In this document: positions 44,793-59,044 of the stretch, piece by piece | How the letters are laid out: each line of letters starts with the position of its first letter | How positions within the stretch are numbered: position 1 is the stretch's first letter | Assembly (NCBI RefSeq): GCF_009914755.1 | Contig: NC_060928.1 | Direction: 5' to 3' (one strand) | Origin: the human T2T-CHM13v2.0 reference genome, Homo sapiens | DNA length: 64,000 nt | The notes under the pieces: model-generated | The model's database searches: none | Told to the model about the DNA's origin: nothing | The model's input: the letters and a program-made list of their open reading frames with translations, nothing else | Position numbers and translations under genes: made by a program

Positions 44793-45106
44793 TAATCCAC
44801 TTTTTTCTTGAAGAGATGCTTTCAAGAATCTTCCAACTTCCTGCTTAAATCTATAGATATTATTAATTCTGCTTACTGTACAGCTATATCTTGATTTTTT
44901 TTTGCATTCCTGGATTAACTTCACTGTTTCTTAAATCCCATAGTTTTTTGTTTTTTGTTTTTTTTTCCTTGAATTTTCTGGACCACTTCTCCCACCCTTT
45001 TATGTTTTCAAAAAAAAAAAAATCACATGGGAAGTACAATTTTCAGAGCTTTGCTTACTTGAAATTTTAACAATTTGCCTTCATACTTTAAAATTGGGGT
45101 GGGGGC

Positions 45107-45695
45107 TGTGTTAGGGAGGGTCCAAAAAGAAGAAGAAAATCACATCAGCTATTCAAAAAATAAAATAATGTCAAAAAATTATGCATTACTGAAAAGGCAA
45201 ATAAAAAAAAAGAGAGATGATAGAAGTAGTAACATCAGTAAGGAGATATCATCTCTAGGGCTCTGAGGTAGCAAAGGATGCTCAACTGGCAGCTCAGGAA
45301 CTCTGAGAAGGAGCCTCATAGGGTTAATCCCAGACCTCAGGAACTTAAGAGAGGTCCAGCCTGTGAGTAAGCGCGTGTACGAAGGGATGCAATAGACTGG
45401 GTCTGGAAGTGGTGGAAAAAAATGCAAACAAAAAGCTGTGCTATGGGCAGAAAAAGCACAGTTGGGGATATGTAGCTAGGAACATTAATCAAACAGGAAA
45501 AAGCAGTACCCTTTGTTATATATTTGCGTGTGTGTTTGTGTGTTTGTTTTTGGCAGGTGAGTCTCCCTCTAGCATCCTGTATTGTGAGAGATTAACAAAG
45601 AATCCAGGTGGCAAGGGAGGAATATGATTTGCAAGTCCTTGTCCCAACATCATAAAGCAGAGCATAGAATAATGGCTTTTGAAACAAGAAACTTA
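45107..45695. mobile_element. Probable old ERVL-class LTR
   Basis: Starts with TG ('tgtgttagggagggtcc...aaatcacatcagctattc'); ends near 'catcataaagcagagcataga'; composition differs from the T-rich L1-like flanks. Confidence 0.4.
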
Positions 45696-46070
45696 GGTTT
45701 CCTCCGAATTTTAAAGGGCTTATTGCAATCACTCATGGTGGGAAGATCATCCCAGTGAAATCTCATTTCTCTGTGGTAAACTTTTGTGGGAGGAAATTAC
45801 TGTTCTTTCTTTAGTTGTTGGAAGAGTTTTCCCCACCTAGAATTATTTTTTACTTATCCTAAGTATTCTAAAATTTATATTTAAATTTATAATAAAATGT
45901 AGAATAATTTTAATATTATTTTGAAATTGGGAAATTTTAGATTTTATAGATAATTTATTTTTTCCCATTTTTCTTTTCTCTCTCTTTTCTTTTCTCTCTT
46001 TTCTATTAGTTAAATATCAAGCTTCCTGGATTGATGTGTTTTGTTTATTTTGCTGTCATATTTTCGATTT

Positions 46071-46081
46071 CTCTCTCTCTC

Positions 46082-46127
<46 letters not shown>

Positions 46128-46408
46128 TTTAAGAGACAGGGTCTTATTCTGTTGCCCAGGCTGGAGTGCAAGAGCACAACCATAGCTCACTGCAGCCTTG
46201 AACTCCTAGCCTCAAGTAATCCTCCCACCTCAGCCTCCCAAATAGCTAGGACTACCGGTGCATGCCCCCATGCCTGGCTAATTGTTTAGAGACAGGGGTC
46301 TCACTATGCTGCCCAGGCTGGTCTCAAGATCCTGGCCTCAAGTGATATTCCTGTCTCAGCTTTCCAAAGTGTTGGGATTATAGGCATGAGCCACTGCTGG
46401 GCTTGGCC
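46071..46408 (-). mobile_element. AluJ whose tail region is a (CT)n(GT)n microsatellite (46071-46128)
   Basis: Antisense AluJ 'catagctcactgcagccttgaactcc...' preceded by a compound dinucleotide repeat. Confidence 0.9.
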
Positions 46409-47359
46409 TCTGTTTCTTTTTGATGAGTGCATATTCTGGATTTTCTTCAATTTAACCTTTAGGATTCCCTCAGAATATTTTATTTCCATCCAATCACACG
46501 ATTTTTCCTTGTTTTCTGATTGCTTATATTTACTGACAGCCCTTTTTATAAAAAAAAAACCTTACTATTTGCTTATTTTTGTTTATCTTATTTTAATTTC
46601 TTTCAGGTGATGCTCAGGATTCTTACATGTTTTGTTTGATCCACAAATAATTAATTTTTTTCTTTTCAAATTTTTCTGTTTATTCATGTTAGACCATTTC
46701 TTTTGTATTCTTAATGCTCCTAAAATGTCTAGTGATCCTTATTTAGCCATTCATGTTTTAAAATAAAGAACTGAGTCAATTAACATAAGTAACTGATATG
46801 GATATCCTCTTCTGTTGTGAATTTTAGCTTCATATCCTAATTATCTTCCATAAAAGGATCACACGCTGGGAACCAGTAAACTTGTCTTTAGTATGTGTGT
46901 AGAAAGTAGGCTAGGACCTCTCTCACTAAATGCCGGTATGTAGAGGATGATATTCTTGCACGCCAACATCAACACTAAAAACCTCAACTATTCCCAGGCA
47001 GATCGTCATACTTTTTTAGAAAAGCACCATCTGTTTTTTGCTCTGTATGTATGCCAGGTTTCCAATCACTCTCAACAACTGAGTTTTCGAGAGCAGTGTG
47101 TAGAGGAGTGGTCCTTACTGGGAAATTTCTTCACAGGCATTTCTTCAGATAACCTTCCTGTTTTTGGTCGTATTACCCACTTCTATTCTTTGTTTTGTAA
47201 TCTCTGTTTGGAGTCATTGGGAAGCAATATTGGATAAATCAGCTCTTATATTCACTATAAACTTCTGAACTGGTTTTGAATGTTGACAAATATCCACGAA
47301 GTGCTATCTCTCAATATCCTCCTAGGGGCTTTTCATATGTTAGAAATGCATTTCTAGAC

Positions 47360-47822
47360 CTCACACAGGATGCAACCAGAAATCCTTCCCCGCTATGCCC
47401 TTGGCAACTGAGGTTGGATAGATAACAGAGCTCTGCCCATTATGAGGAAGGCAGGAGTCTGAGAGTGGAACTTCTGGGAAAGGTTGTACTTTATTGATAA
47501 AATGGAACAGATTCAGGTAACTCATTATCCCTTCCTCTCTCCCTTCCTCCCTCCCTCCCTTCCTTTCTTCCTTCCCTAAAGGGAAATTAAATTCAAAGAA
47601 ACAGAAACCATTTTAGAACCATGAAAATTAAAGCAAAAATTCTGAGGATGGCAGAGCAAAAAAGGAGCTGAGACTCTGAAGTCATTGTTTGTTGAGCAAC
47701 CACAGTAACCATCAACTGCCTACCTTCACTCTTATTAAGAAAGAAAAGCAAATCCATATTTGATTAAGCTACTGTTAACTTGGTTTGCTCTATAACTGGT
47801 CAAATGCATTTTTAACTGTTAC
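47360..47822 (+). mobile_element. MLT1J/K-like MaLR LTR
   Basis: 'acttctgggaaagg', 'gaggatggcagagcaaaa...gagct', 'tttgattaagctactg...tttaactgttac'. Confidence 0.6.
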
Positions 47823-48738
47823 CAGCCTGCTCCTAGTCCTTCCCAACGTCAGTCAGCATGTTTGCTCTTTGATATGAAGCTATTCTGTTTAGAACTTGTT
47901 TACTATTATTCAAAGGTGGCATTGTGAGAAAAAAAAAAGTCATACTTCTGCTTGGTCTGCCACAGAAAGCTGGAAGGTTTAAAATTTCATAGGAGCACAC
48001 TTTTGCCAAAGGAAATGGACATGACAGTAAGCATTATTTATTGGAAATAAAAAAATCAACTAGCAGTTGAATATCCATTATGTATAATAATCTGTATTAG
48101 AAAGCAAAACTATAAAAATTAAAGCATTTCCTATGTATTAAAAATGTTTAGGGACTGAGATAGGATAACTGTATATATGTCTCTCTCTATATATAAGACA
48201 TCTATATATCTATGTATATATATAGGATATCTATAGGATATGTATCTATCATCTATCTAATAAGATGTGAACTAAATGAAAAAATCATTTAATCATGCCT
48301 AATATTAATATGGCCTAATATTATCTAGGGTTCATTGGGTGGGACAGAGTGGGGTTGGAGTGTGTGGTGGTATGGAAAAGAATTACTGGGGTTGGTGATA
48401 TATGAGTTGAGAGTTGCATTTTCCAGAGAGAAAAGCCAAAGGAGGATAATTCAGGAACACAGTCAAACTGTTGCAAAATAATATTGTTAAATCAAAATAT
48501 TTGGGAATTGGAGTGTAAGGATTTTTATCTGATATGAGTTCTCTGGGTTGTTGGGTTGTTTCATTATGCAGCCAAATGGGAAACCACTATAGAAGGAGAA
48601 TGGCCTGGTTGTATTTGTGTTTTGTAAGGACTACTGTGACAGCATGGAGGGTTATATATTGCAAGTGGGCAAGGCTGTGAACAAGGAAATCAGCTTGGGT
48701 TAAATTCAAGTTTGAATGTTTCTTGCCATTTTCTTGGC

Positions 48739-48910
48739 CAGTGGTTCTCAACCAGGAGCAATTTTGCACCCTGGGGAGTATTGGCAATCTCTGGAGACAT
48801 TTTTATAAGTCACAATCTAATAGTGTGATGGGTTTGTTACTGAGATCCAGTGGGTAGATGATGATACACAGGTCAGTACTCCACCCCCAAACAAATTATC
48901 GGACCCTAAA
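48739..48910. mobile_element. MER20 fragment (hAT-Charlie)
   Basis: 'cagtggttctcaaccaggagcaattttgcaccc...ggcaatctctggagacatttt'. Confidence 0.85.
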
Positions 48911-49306
48911 GGGGAGGCTGTTGGCAGACTCTGACATAGGCAATGTGATAGTCACAGATAATAATAGAGAATGTTATGACAGGGAACAAAATCACTGACA
49001 GTGTGTTTATTGAGGGAATTTGGTCAAGGAAGGAGTTCTGGATACCACACCTAAATATATATTGCCAAAGGAAGACAGTAGAAGGAATATCAAGAAAGAA
49101 CAAGATGGGGAAATCAAAACTAACAGACTTCTCAAAAAATGCTGCTTCAAACACTAGAGAGACGAAAAAAACATGCTATATATTCCCATTAGGTTGGTGA
49201 ACTTTGAACTGACCAATGATTTGCCTTAAAGCAAGTTTAGTAGGCAGTTAAAACCAAATGTAATGGTCAGGGGAATGGGTGAGGAGTTAAATAAGTATGA
49301 GCAATA

Positions 49307-49520
49307 TGAGGGAGCTTCACAAGGTTTACAGAAAAATGGAATTAAAAGTAAAATAAAAATACAGACTTTATTTCTCAACATAAGCTCCATCAAAATCAAG
49401 ACAATTTTGTAAGTGATGATACCCGCCATTTAGTCCATCCTTAAAGAACTGAAGGTCCTGGGAATTTAACCATGTCAATGTAGCCTTTTTTACATTATTA
49501 ACTGCAAAAGTGTGCCCTTT
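49307..49520 (-). mobile_element. Hsmar2 mariner 3' end: TIR plus transposase C-terminal remnant
   Basis: TA followed by TIR-like 'tgagggagcttcacaagg'; the minus strand translates VNNVKKATLTWLNSQDLQFFKDGLNGGYHHLQNCLDFDGAYVEK* (stop at 49368-49370), a mariner transposase C-terminus. Confidence 0.9.
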
Positions 49521-52500
49521 TCCAACAAAGACCAGAAATAATTGGAGGAAGAAACTACACGAGTTTCTGTCATTCCAGGGAGAGGGAATGGCAAGGGCAA
49601 CAGCACTAAGATAAAAGGATCCTTTGTGTTCCCAACTGTCTTTAAATTTTCTTCTGGCTTTTCATCTAGCACTACACTTGTCTAGTTGTTGGAAACTTCA
49701 AATCATTTTTGAAAGAAAAATGAATGTTCATTGCATGCTGAACATATCTAGGAATTAAAATCTCTAATTTATGTATGATTATCAGTTACGTTGGTTAGAA
49801 CACGATACTTAAATATAAGAAGTTTCAGGTTTGGTCTTTGCATGAAACCACGATCATTTTCTGGTCACTCTCTGCACTGTTGACACTGTCCTTAAAATAT
49901 ACCCTAATGATTGTTAACAGGGAGTCACCAAGAGTGTTGGCTTGGTGCAAATACTACTACCACCACTGAAAGAGGCAATTCATATTGTAAGCCATTCTCA
50001 TCTTGACTCAGTAACATTACAGGCACACAAAGGAGATACTATATTAGCATACTCAACTTCAGAATCTGCACTAATTTTTTATCATCATTTATTCCATATC
50101 AAAAGTAGTTTAATGGTGGTTTACACTAGAACTAAGAATTATATTGGTTACTTGGCTCCTTATCAGGTAGTTATGTTGATAAATGAAATTATTTCCTTCC
50201 ATTGATATATTCTACTTTATCACAAACATTGTTATTTATTTGATAAGATTCTATGTGCAAGATGTATAATGTGGTAGCTAACACATAGCTGGCCCTTAAT
50301 GATAATAATATTATTATGAATCCAAGCTCCAGAGAGCAGGATTTCTGCCTCTTTTATTTTCTGTTAACTGAGTTTCAGTTGCATAGTAGGTGCTCAATAC
50401 ATAATTGTTGAGTGATTGAATACACAAATGAAAAATAATAGCTAATATTTGAAGACACAGACATAAAACATACAAATATAGAATAGTTGAGATTACCATT
50501 TTTAAAGAATGAATAATTTTAAAATTAAAAATATAATCATTATGCCAAAAGGAAATGGTAAAGCTGTATGAGAAATTCCATTCTATTAAGCAAAAATAAT
50601 TATTAGCTATAATTAATTGAATGTTTATCATGTTCCAGGCATAGTGTAATGTGATTTACATAACTGAAACTCTCACAATAATCTTTCAAGTTGGCATTAT
50701 TATCTCAGTTTTACAAATGAGAAAATACATTGAAAAGGTTAAACTTTGTGCACAAAGGAAATGAGTTTTATGATGTCCAAGTCATTCCTAAGTACAATAA
50801 CCTGGTGTTTTCTTCTGTATTAAACCTTCTCAATGACCCAAAGACTCCATCCTCTTTTTCTGGGAACTTACGAGTCCTAGCTCATAGTATGGAAGTAGGA
50901 GGGTGGAAATTCAGGGCAATTAGAAGATTCATTAAAATCTCGGGGCACAAATACATACCCTTAAGTTAGACCACCAAAGCAAGATGACCAGCCAGCTTTT
51001 GCTAAAAACAGCTAATTCAGCACCTCAGTAAAACATATTGATAGGCTCATTGGAAAACGAGGAGTTGGTTTTCACATTCTAACCCATCTTCCTGGATGAA
51101 TGTTCTGCAGTCTCTATTGGGCTTATGAACTCCTCAGACTGGCACTTGTAGAGCCAGTTTCCCTTTTCTCCACACTCTTCCCACTTCTAATCCCAAGAAA
51201 ATGCTTCCTTTTCCTTCCTTACAACTCTAACCCAGGTTACCTTCCTCTAGGATCCAGGAATCCTGCCTGGGTACTTTGACCACTTTCTATGCTCTTTCCA
51301 ATCCATAGCTATAAAGTAGACTATAAATTCAGCTTTTCTCAGAGCCTACTGTTTTGAATAGCAAACACTCATTGGGGAGCCTAATACTGAAACTCACCTA
51401 TACGTTTCTTTGCATTACTGTTCTAACATTCTAATTCTCACTCAGGAGATTTGGATTCTGCTGACGAGAGAGAGAGAGATGTATTAAAAAGTGCAAAAAA
51501 TAAATGCTTACTGGTATCTTATTTTGCACTTATTCAAGATCACCTACATTTCTCTGAGGTCAATTGCAGACATGCCATTCAAACTTAATAAAAATCTGCA
51601 GTTCATAAAACCATTTAATTTGCCTCTTTTTTTGTAATTATTTTGGTATTATCTAGAGACAGTCTTTGTTTAAATTTGTAATTTAATATACTCTTTGAAT
51701 ATTTTGAGATTTTAATTTATTTTAAAACAATTTATATTAACATTTATTTTAACTTATTTTACTTGATTCTAACTTAAATTAACAATTATATATTGGCTGA
51801 TGATTAAACATCAGTAATTTACTTCATTATTTGTTTATTTTTATACCTTTTGAAAATAATTCCTAAAGTATTTTAAAGTGAGTTGAAATAAGACACAAAA
51901 AATCAAAACCAGGTTTAAAATTAAAAATATAATTAAAAAGAATAGACAATACTGAACAAATCCTAGTCTTGAGTTTCTGAGAAATCATGGTAAAAAGAAA
52001 GCATTATAAACTATACAGTTCTTATTGTTTAATTAAAAGGAATATATCTGTTTTATAAAAGGTGAAAAAAAGTCCTGACTTTGGAAAATATTAATGAAAT
52101 ATCTTCTCTATGAAAACTTCGGTTGTAAGCAGTAGTTTGCAAAATAATTAAGGAGGAATTTCTACATGGTCTTGGGGAATATATAACCCAGTGGAGATTT
52201 ACTAAATTTATTCGAATGTAATTTATTTAAAAATAGAAAGCTAGGATATGTCTTCACCAGCAGCTTCTCAATGCTACAGACGCTTATTAACTCTCTTATT
52301 TCTTACCCAGATAACAATTTCAATGACAAATTAATGTAGCTCAACGTGAAGAATTCAGTTGATATAACTTTATACATGAGAGCCATTCAAATGAAAAGAG
52401 GACTGTCTAGCTGGTCTTTTAGGCCAAGAGTTGTGACCCCTCAAAGAAATTACTCTGATGTTATCTTAATTCTAGCCATAACATTTTGTACTTAGTGTGG

Positions 52501-53841
52501 ATGATGTCAGGTGTTTTACTGAGAGTAGTTGGCTCACAGGAACAATTGAGAGGTATTTCCACACCTAATAACAAGGCCAAGTATTCAACACCAGAGATGT
52601 CAGAGATGTCAGGCACCTGAGCTGCAGACAGAGCTGAGCTGCCATGTGTCAGCTAAAGCAACAAGAGGCCAACATGAGAGTAAACAGTGAAGACCTTAAT
52701 AATTGTTTACTGCAAGAGCATATTCAAGAGTTTAACACTAGAGAAAGTGGTGATTCCCTCTGTTACATTCTTACTCTGACACTTCTCGCTAGGGAATGAT
52801 GCTCCCATAGAGGGTCAGATAGATCAGGGGAGGTCACCTCACTGTCATGGGAACTTGGAACACAAGGCTCCTGCAGTTTAATGGACTTGGGGCCTAAGAA
52901 GAGGGAGAGATGTAGGGTTAGGAGTGGAAAAGTACTGATTATTGAGTTGGAGTGATGGGGAAAGTATCTTCAAAGTTTCTCTCTCTTCAGCAGAGGAACC
53001 TGAAGAAGACCTCTGGTCAAGGCCTAAGATAAGGAGACCTAGGAATAAAGGTTCATGGGCTAGGAAAACAAATATACATAAAAGTATGGTTGGCCAGGGG
53101 ACACTGTGTCCTTGTTGCAACTCCTTCTAGAGAGACTGCAATGCACCCACCGGCTAATCACCCAGTGTGGTATGGGGAGGCCAGCTTTCCCTCATGAGAC
53201 CTGCCAGGTAAATTCTTCAGAGTTGCTGATGACCAGGCCTGAAAAACCACACATAGGTTTTTAACCGGAAGCCAGAATTTTTAGGAAGTAGCTACTGCTC
53301 TTACATGCTAAGGCCGACGATTTTATGTCGTATTAATCTAAAAGCTGATTTGAATTATTTCTGCAAGATGGATTGCTACCAGACACTATGTGAGTCTAAA
53401 GGCATTCATAAAACATAGGTTTACTATGTTTAATGTTATCTTAATGGAACTATATATATATTTTATAGTATTTTATAGTTATAAAGGGATGTACAGTCAC
53501 TCCTTGCCTATTCTCCAGTTATATCAGCCCTTGCCCTGAATAAATCCTATTACAGCAATTTAAGATATACACACAATCTATCTGTAGACAACTTTACTTT
53601 TCCCTGCAGTCTGCTAGAGAAACAGGTACAATTCTGGCTTCATCTTGAGAACAGCAGGATTTAGATAAGCTTTATGGAGGCTGAGAGTTCCTCTGTAGCC
53701 TGTGAGATTAGCAGTAGGCTAAAGAGGATATCTGTGCTAGAAGAAAAGGAATCTTCTTTCTGGAAAGCAGTCCTATACAAAGTTACGGTGATCTGACCTG
53801 GAGTCTCATTTTCAAAAGGGAGGCTTGCCTGACATTCCTAG

Positions 53842-54253
<412 letters not shown>

Positions 54254-54949
54254 TGGGGCAGGTTTTTATTGAAATTTATTCAGAGCCATTGGTGGAAAAA
54301 GTCCCTGTGAATGTTTATTAATCCAGAGTTTAATATCAAAGTTTACTAAGACAGAGAGGTAAGAGGACTTGGTAGTTAACTCAAGAAACATCGACTTAAA
54401 TTAAAGGGAAAAAAGTGCTTACTGAAAGATGAGATAAATCAGCGTCTGGAAATTCAGAGGGAAACAAGGTTGTAGTAAATTGGAGGCTAGGAAACAAAAG
54501 TAGTACATTAAATGGGGATTCGATTATAAAGCAGCAAGAAACAGCTGCTTTTTCATTATTTGAAATAATGAAAAAGATTTGAAAGATTATTTGAATAATC
54601 TTTATCTGTATCTGAGTACAATCTTCTACGTCATCTGTATTTTAGATCTATGAGTTTTAACCATATCTAGCTGGAGACTCTGGCTATATCCTATAAATAT
54701 TTGCATATATTAGTCATAAGAGTGGGTTGATAGTCATGGCTAATGAGTAGAAAAACTCCCTCATGACAGATCAAAATGCTAAGCCCTTGCATTGCATATT
54801 TGTGGCATGCAAATTCATACTACCTTGAAACGTAGAAAACTCATGCTGAAAATAGGTCCAGAACAGTGAAACCTAAAAGATCCTGGTAGATATGGATGTG
54901 AAACTGTTTCTGGGAATACCTCCACAACTGATGAATTTCATAAAAAACA

Positions 54950-56050
54950 ACTGCTGTAGGTATTCTAAAATTACAAAGCTCATATAGAAACAAATTGCCT
55001 TGAAAAAGTCAACAATTACAAAAAGTCATAAATAGTCACATGGATTATACAATAGCAAATGCAAATAGATTGCCAATAAATGAAATTTAAATGTTCAAAG
55101 GGAAAAAAAAGAAGAAAAAGAAACCTAATGTGAATGTCAGATCATTATTAAACAGAATAACAAATTTATAAAAACAATTGAGTAGGAATTCTAGAAATAA
55201 AAATATGATCTTTAAAATAAAAAAAGAACATATGAAGGGTTCAACATGAGACTCAATAGAGTAAATGACTTAACTAATGAATTGGAAGACAGATCTGAGG
55301 AAGTATAAAATAAAGATATAAAGACACGGAAGACATGAATTAGAAGTTAAAAGTGAAAGAGAAGTAAATGAAATGCTCCAAAATCCCACTAGTGATAATT
55401 AGTAAAGAAGAGAATAGAGCAAATAAGAGTGAGAAAATATTTACGGAGATAACATAAAGTTTTTTTTTAATTATAGAAACTGATACGCTCTCATATTTAG
55501 GAAAAACACTCTGTCCCAAAAAGGATAAATACAAGCAAAGCCACGTGTTGGCACCTTATGGTGAAATTGCATTGCATTGATAATAATCAAAGAAAAAAAA
55601 GAGCTTCTAAAGAGAAAACACAGATTATCTACAAAAAGTTATAAAGGGGCATCAATTTTTTATTAGTAAACAATAGATTCTTAAATATGATGAAATAATT
55701 CCTTTAAAGTGCTCAACTAAAGAACTGTCAACTATATGAGAAAAACTCATTCAAAAGCAAACATGAAATAAAGAATTTTTTGAGACGACAAAAGCATAAA
55801 TGTTACATGTTGAAATAAGCAGCATGCAATTGCATCTACATGTTCAATAGAGAACAAGAAAAGAGTGAGCAAAATAATGTTTAAATTATTTGGTATTTGG
55901 TAAACTTGAATATAAATCATAAATTTTTAAAAAATGCTAAAAGTTTGAAAACATTATAATATGGAATTGTAAAAATGAAAGTTGGTGCTGATACTTTGGA
56001 AAAAATTGGCAATAGTAAAGTTAAAGATTAATATATCTTTCAAACTACAA
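54950..56050 (+). mobile_element. Old L1/HAL1 ORF1-region fragment
   Basis: A-rich sense strand; 'gaattctagaaataaaaa' and 'aatgaattggaagacagatctgaggaa' (NELEDRSEE, ORF1 coiled-coil-like). Confidence 0.55.
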
Positions 56051-56830
56051 TGTAACTTCTTGGTCTATTTGGGTGTTAAACACAGATGTGACTAAGAAAC
56101 CTCTACATGTTCCAGATAAAAGAAAATGACACAGCAAAAGGGTTCAGAGAGTGGCTTAGATAAGCAATAGTAGGTAATGAGTTCTTGTTTTCTGAGGCAC
56201 GACTCAAGCTCACTTTTTAATTTTCTATTCAACAATAAAAATACAGTTTGGTAATATTTTGCATACAAAATTTTAAGGGTCAAAATTGTAAAATCCACCT
56301 CAGGTTTCCAGGGGAGAAGCTCTAGAATAGAGGGTTTAGTGATTTTGCATAGAGGTTGCCTGTAAAATCCTGTTAAGTAGAGAATCAACTAAAATATCTT
56401 TGTGATAGGTATTATGTATTTCTGAAACTCTTTAATCTATGTAATAAACATGTCCATCAGATTGGAATTGATATCCTAGGTAATAGATACTTTTTCTGTA
56501 AGAATTCTATTTTGTTTTGGAGATTTTGTGCTATATTGGTACTAACATGTCAAAGGAAATATAGAACCCTCTTGAGAACTAATGAAATCAATTGAATATG
56601 ACAGGAAATTATCTATTTCCTGGATGACTGCTGACCCTCCAAGAAAATCTAGTCTTTAAATCAATATTAAATACTAAAATAAATAAGATTCTGTGAAGTA
56701 TTGGAGCAGTACAGTTAAATATATTGTTGATCTCTCCAACTAAAATCAAAGAGACATCTCTAAAAAAGGCAGACCACAGGCCAATAGTGAACAAAAAAAG
56801 GGACCAACTATAGTGAATAATGTATCATAG

Positions 56831-57847
<1,017 letters not shown>

Positions 57848-58298
57848 TAGTAAGCTGGTGTAAACAGATGTCTGTTTGGTTCATTAATCATTTCTAAGTA
57901 AATTACATTGACTTTTCAATACCATTTGCCTACTAAATCTTTCTCAGAATAGTAACATGGATACTGTCACATGGAAGAAAAGTAGGTTTTTAGTCAAGGA
58001 TCTAGTAGTTACATAAGTATTCAAAGTCCAGCAACTTCAAGTAGCTACAAAATATTCCTACTTATTCATGCTCTTTATTACTCTGGGGAAACAGTTAATG
58101 TAAACTGTCAGGGTATGTGTTTGAAATAGTAGCACCTATATTTAAATTTACAAACTTTACTTTAGATAGTTCATTTTGTGTGTCTAGGAAAATAAAACAT
58201 ATGAGTGTCATTGCAACCATCACTGAGGTTCTAAGTGAGCCCCTCATCAGTTAGCATTTTTCACAAGTTGTGCAGAATAAGAAAGAGAAGAAAAGTCT

Positions 58299-58699
58299 TG
58301 CACTAGGTAGGGTTCTCTCTATAATAATAACCAATAGGTATAAAGAGATTTACTATAAAGAGTTGGCTCACATGATTATGGAGGCTGAGAACTACCAGAA
58401 TCCAAGGTCAGAAAGACCCAGGAGAGCCAGTGGTTTAGTTCCAGTCTGAAGACAGGAGACTGATGTCTGTAAGCCTAAACAGTCAGGAAGTCAAAATTCC
58501 TTCTTACTCAGCCTTTTTGTTCTACTGAGTTTTTCAATTTATTGGGTGAGTAAAGCAGAATGCTCTGCTTTACTCTGTCCACATATTAAAATGCCAGTCT
58601 CATCCGGAAACACCCTCACAGATATACCACACAATTTTTGATCAAATAACTGGGTACCTTGTGGTTCGATCAAGTTGACACATAAAATTAACCATTACA
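58299..58699 (-). mobile_element. MLT2B-like ERVL solo LTR
   Basis: 'ttggctcacatgattatggaggctgagaa...caagttgacacataaaattaaccattaca'; 5-bp TSD agtct/agtat. Confidence 0.9.
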
Positions 58700-58749
58700 A
58701 GTATCAGGGGGAAAAGGAAAGCGGAGGTGCAATAGAAATTTGAATTTGG

Positions 58750-59044
58750 GGCTGGGTGCTATGGCTCATCCCAGCACTTTGGGAGGCTGAGGCAGGCGGA
58801 ACACCTGAGGTCAGGAGTTTGAGACCAGCTTGACCAACATTGTGAAACCCCATCTCTACTAAAAATACAAAAAATTAGCCGGGCATGGTAGCGTGCGCCC
58901 ATATTCCCAGCTGATCGGGAGGCTGAGTCAGCAGAATTGCTTGAACCGAGGAGGCAGAGGTTGCAGTGAGCCAAGATGGCACCACTGCACTCCAGCCTGG
59001 GTGACAGAGTGAGACTCCATCTCCAAAAAAAAAAAAAAAAAAAA
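58750..59044 (+). mobile_element. AluSx-like
   Basis: Dimer with a small 5' deletion and poly-A; TSD agaaatttgaatttgg/agatatttgaatttgg. Confidence 0.94.

Noticed and set aside
52480-53800. GC-richer block as a candidate 5' LTR/PBS of the decayed provirus
   Set aside because: No matching second LTR or TSD was found, and the tRNA-PBS resemblance near 53788 is poor.
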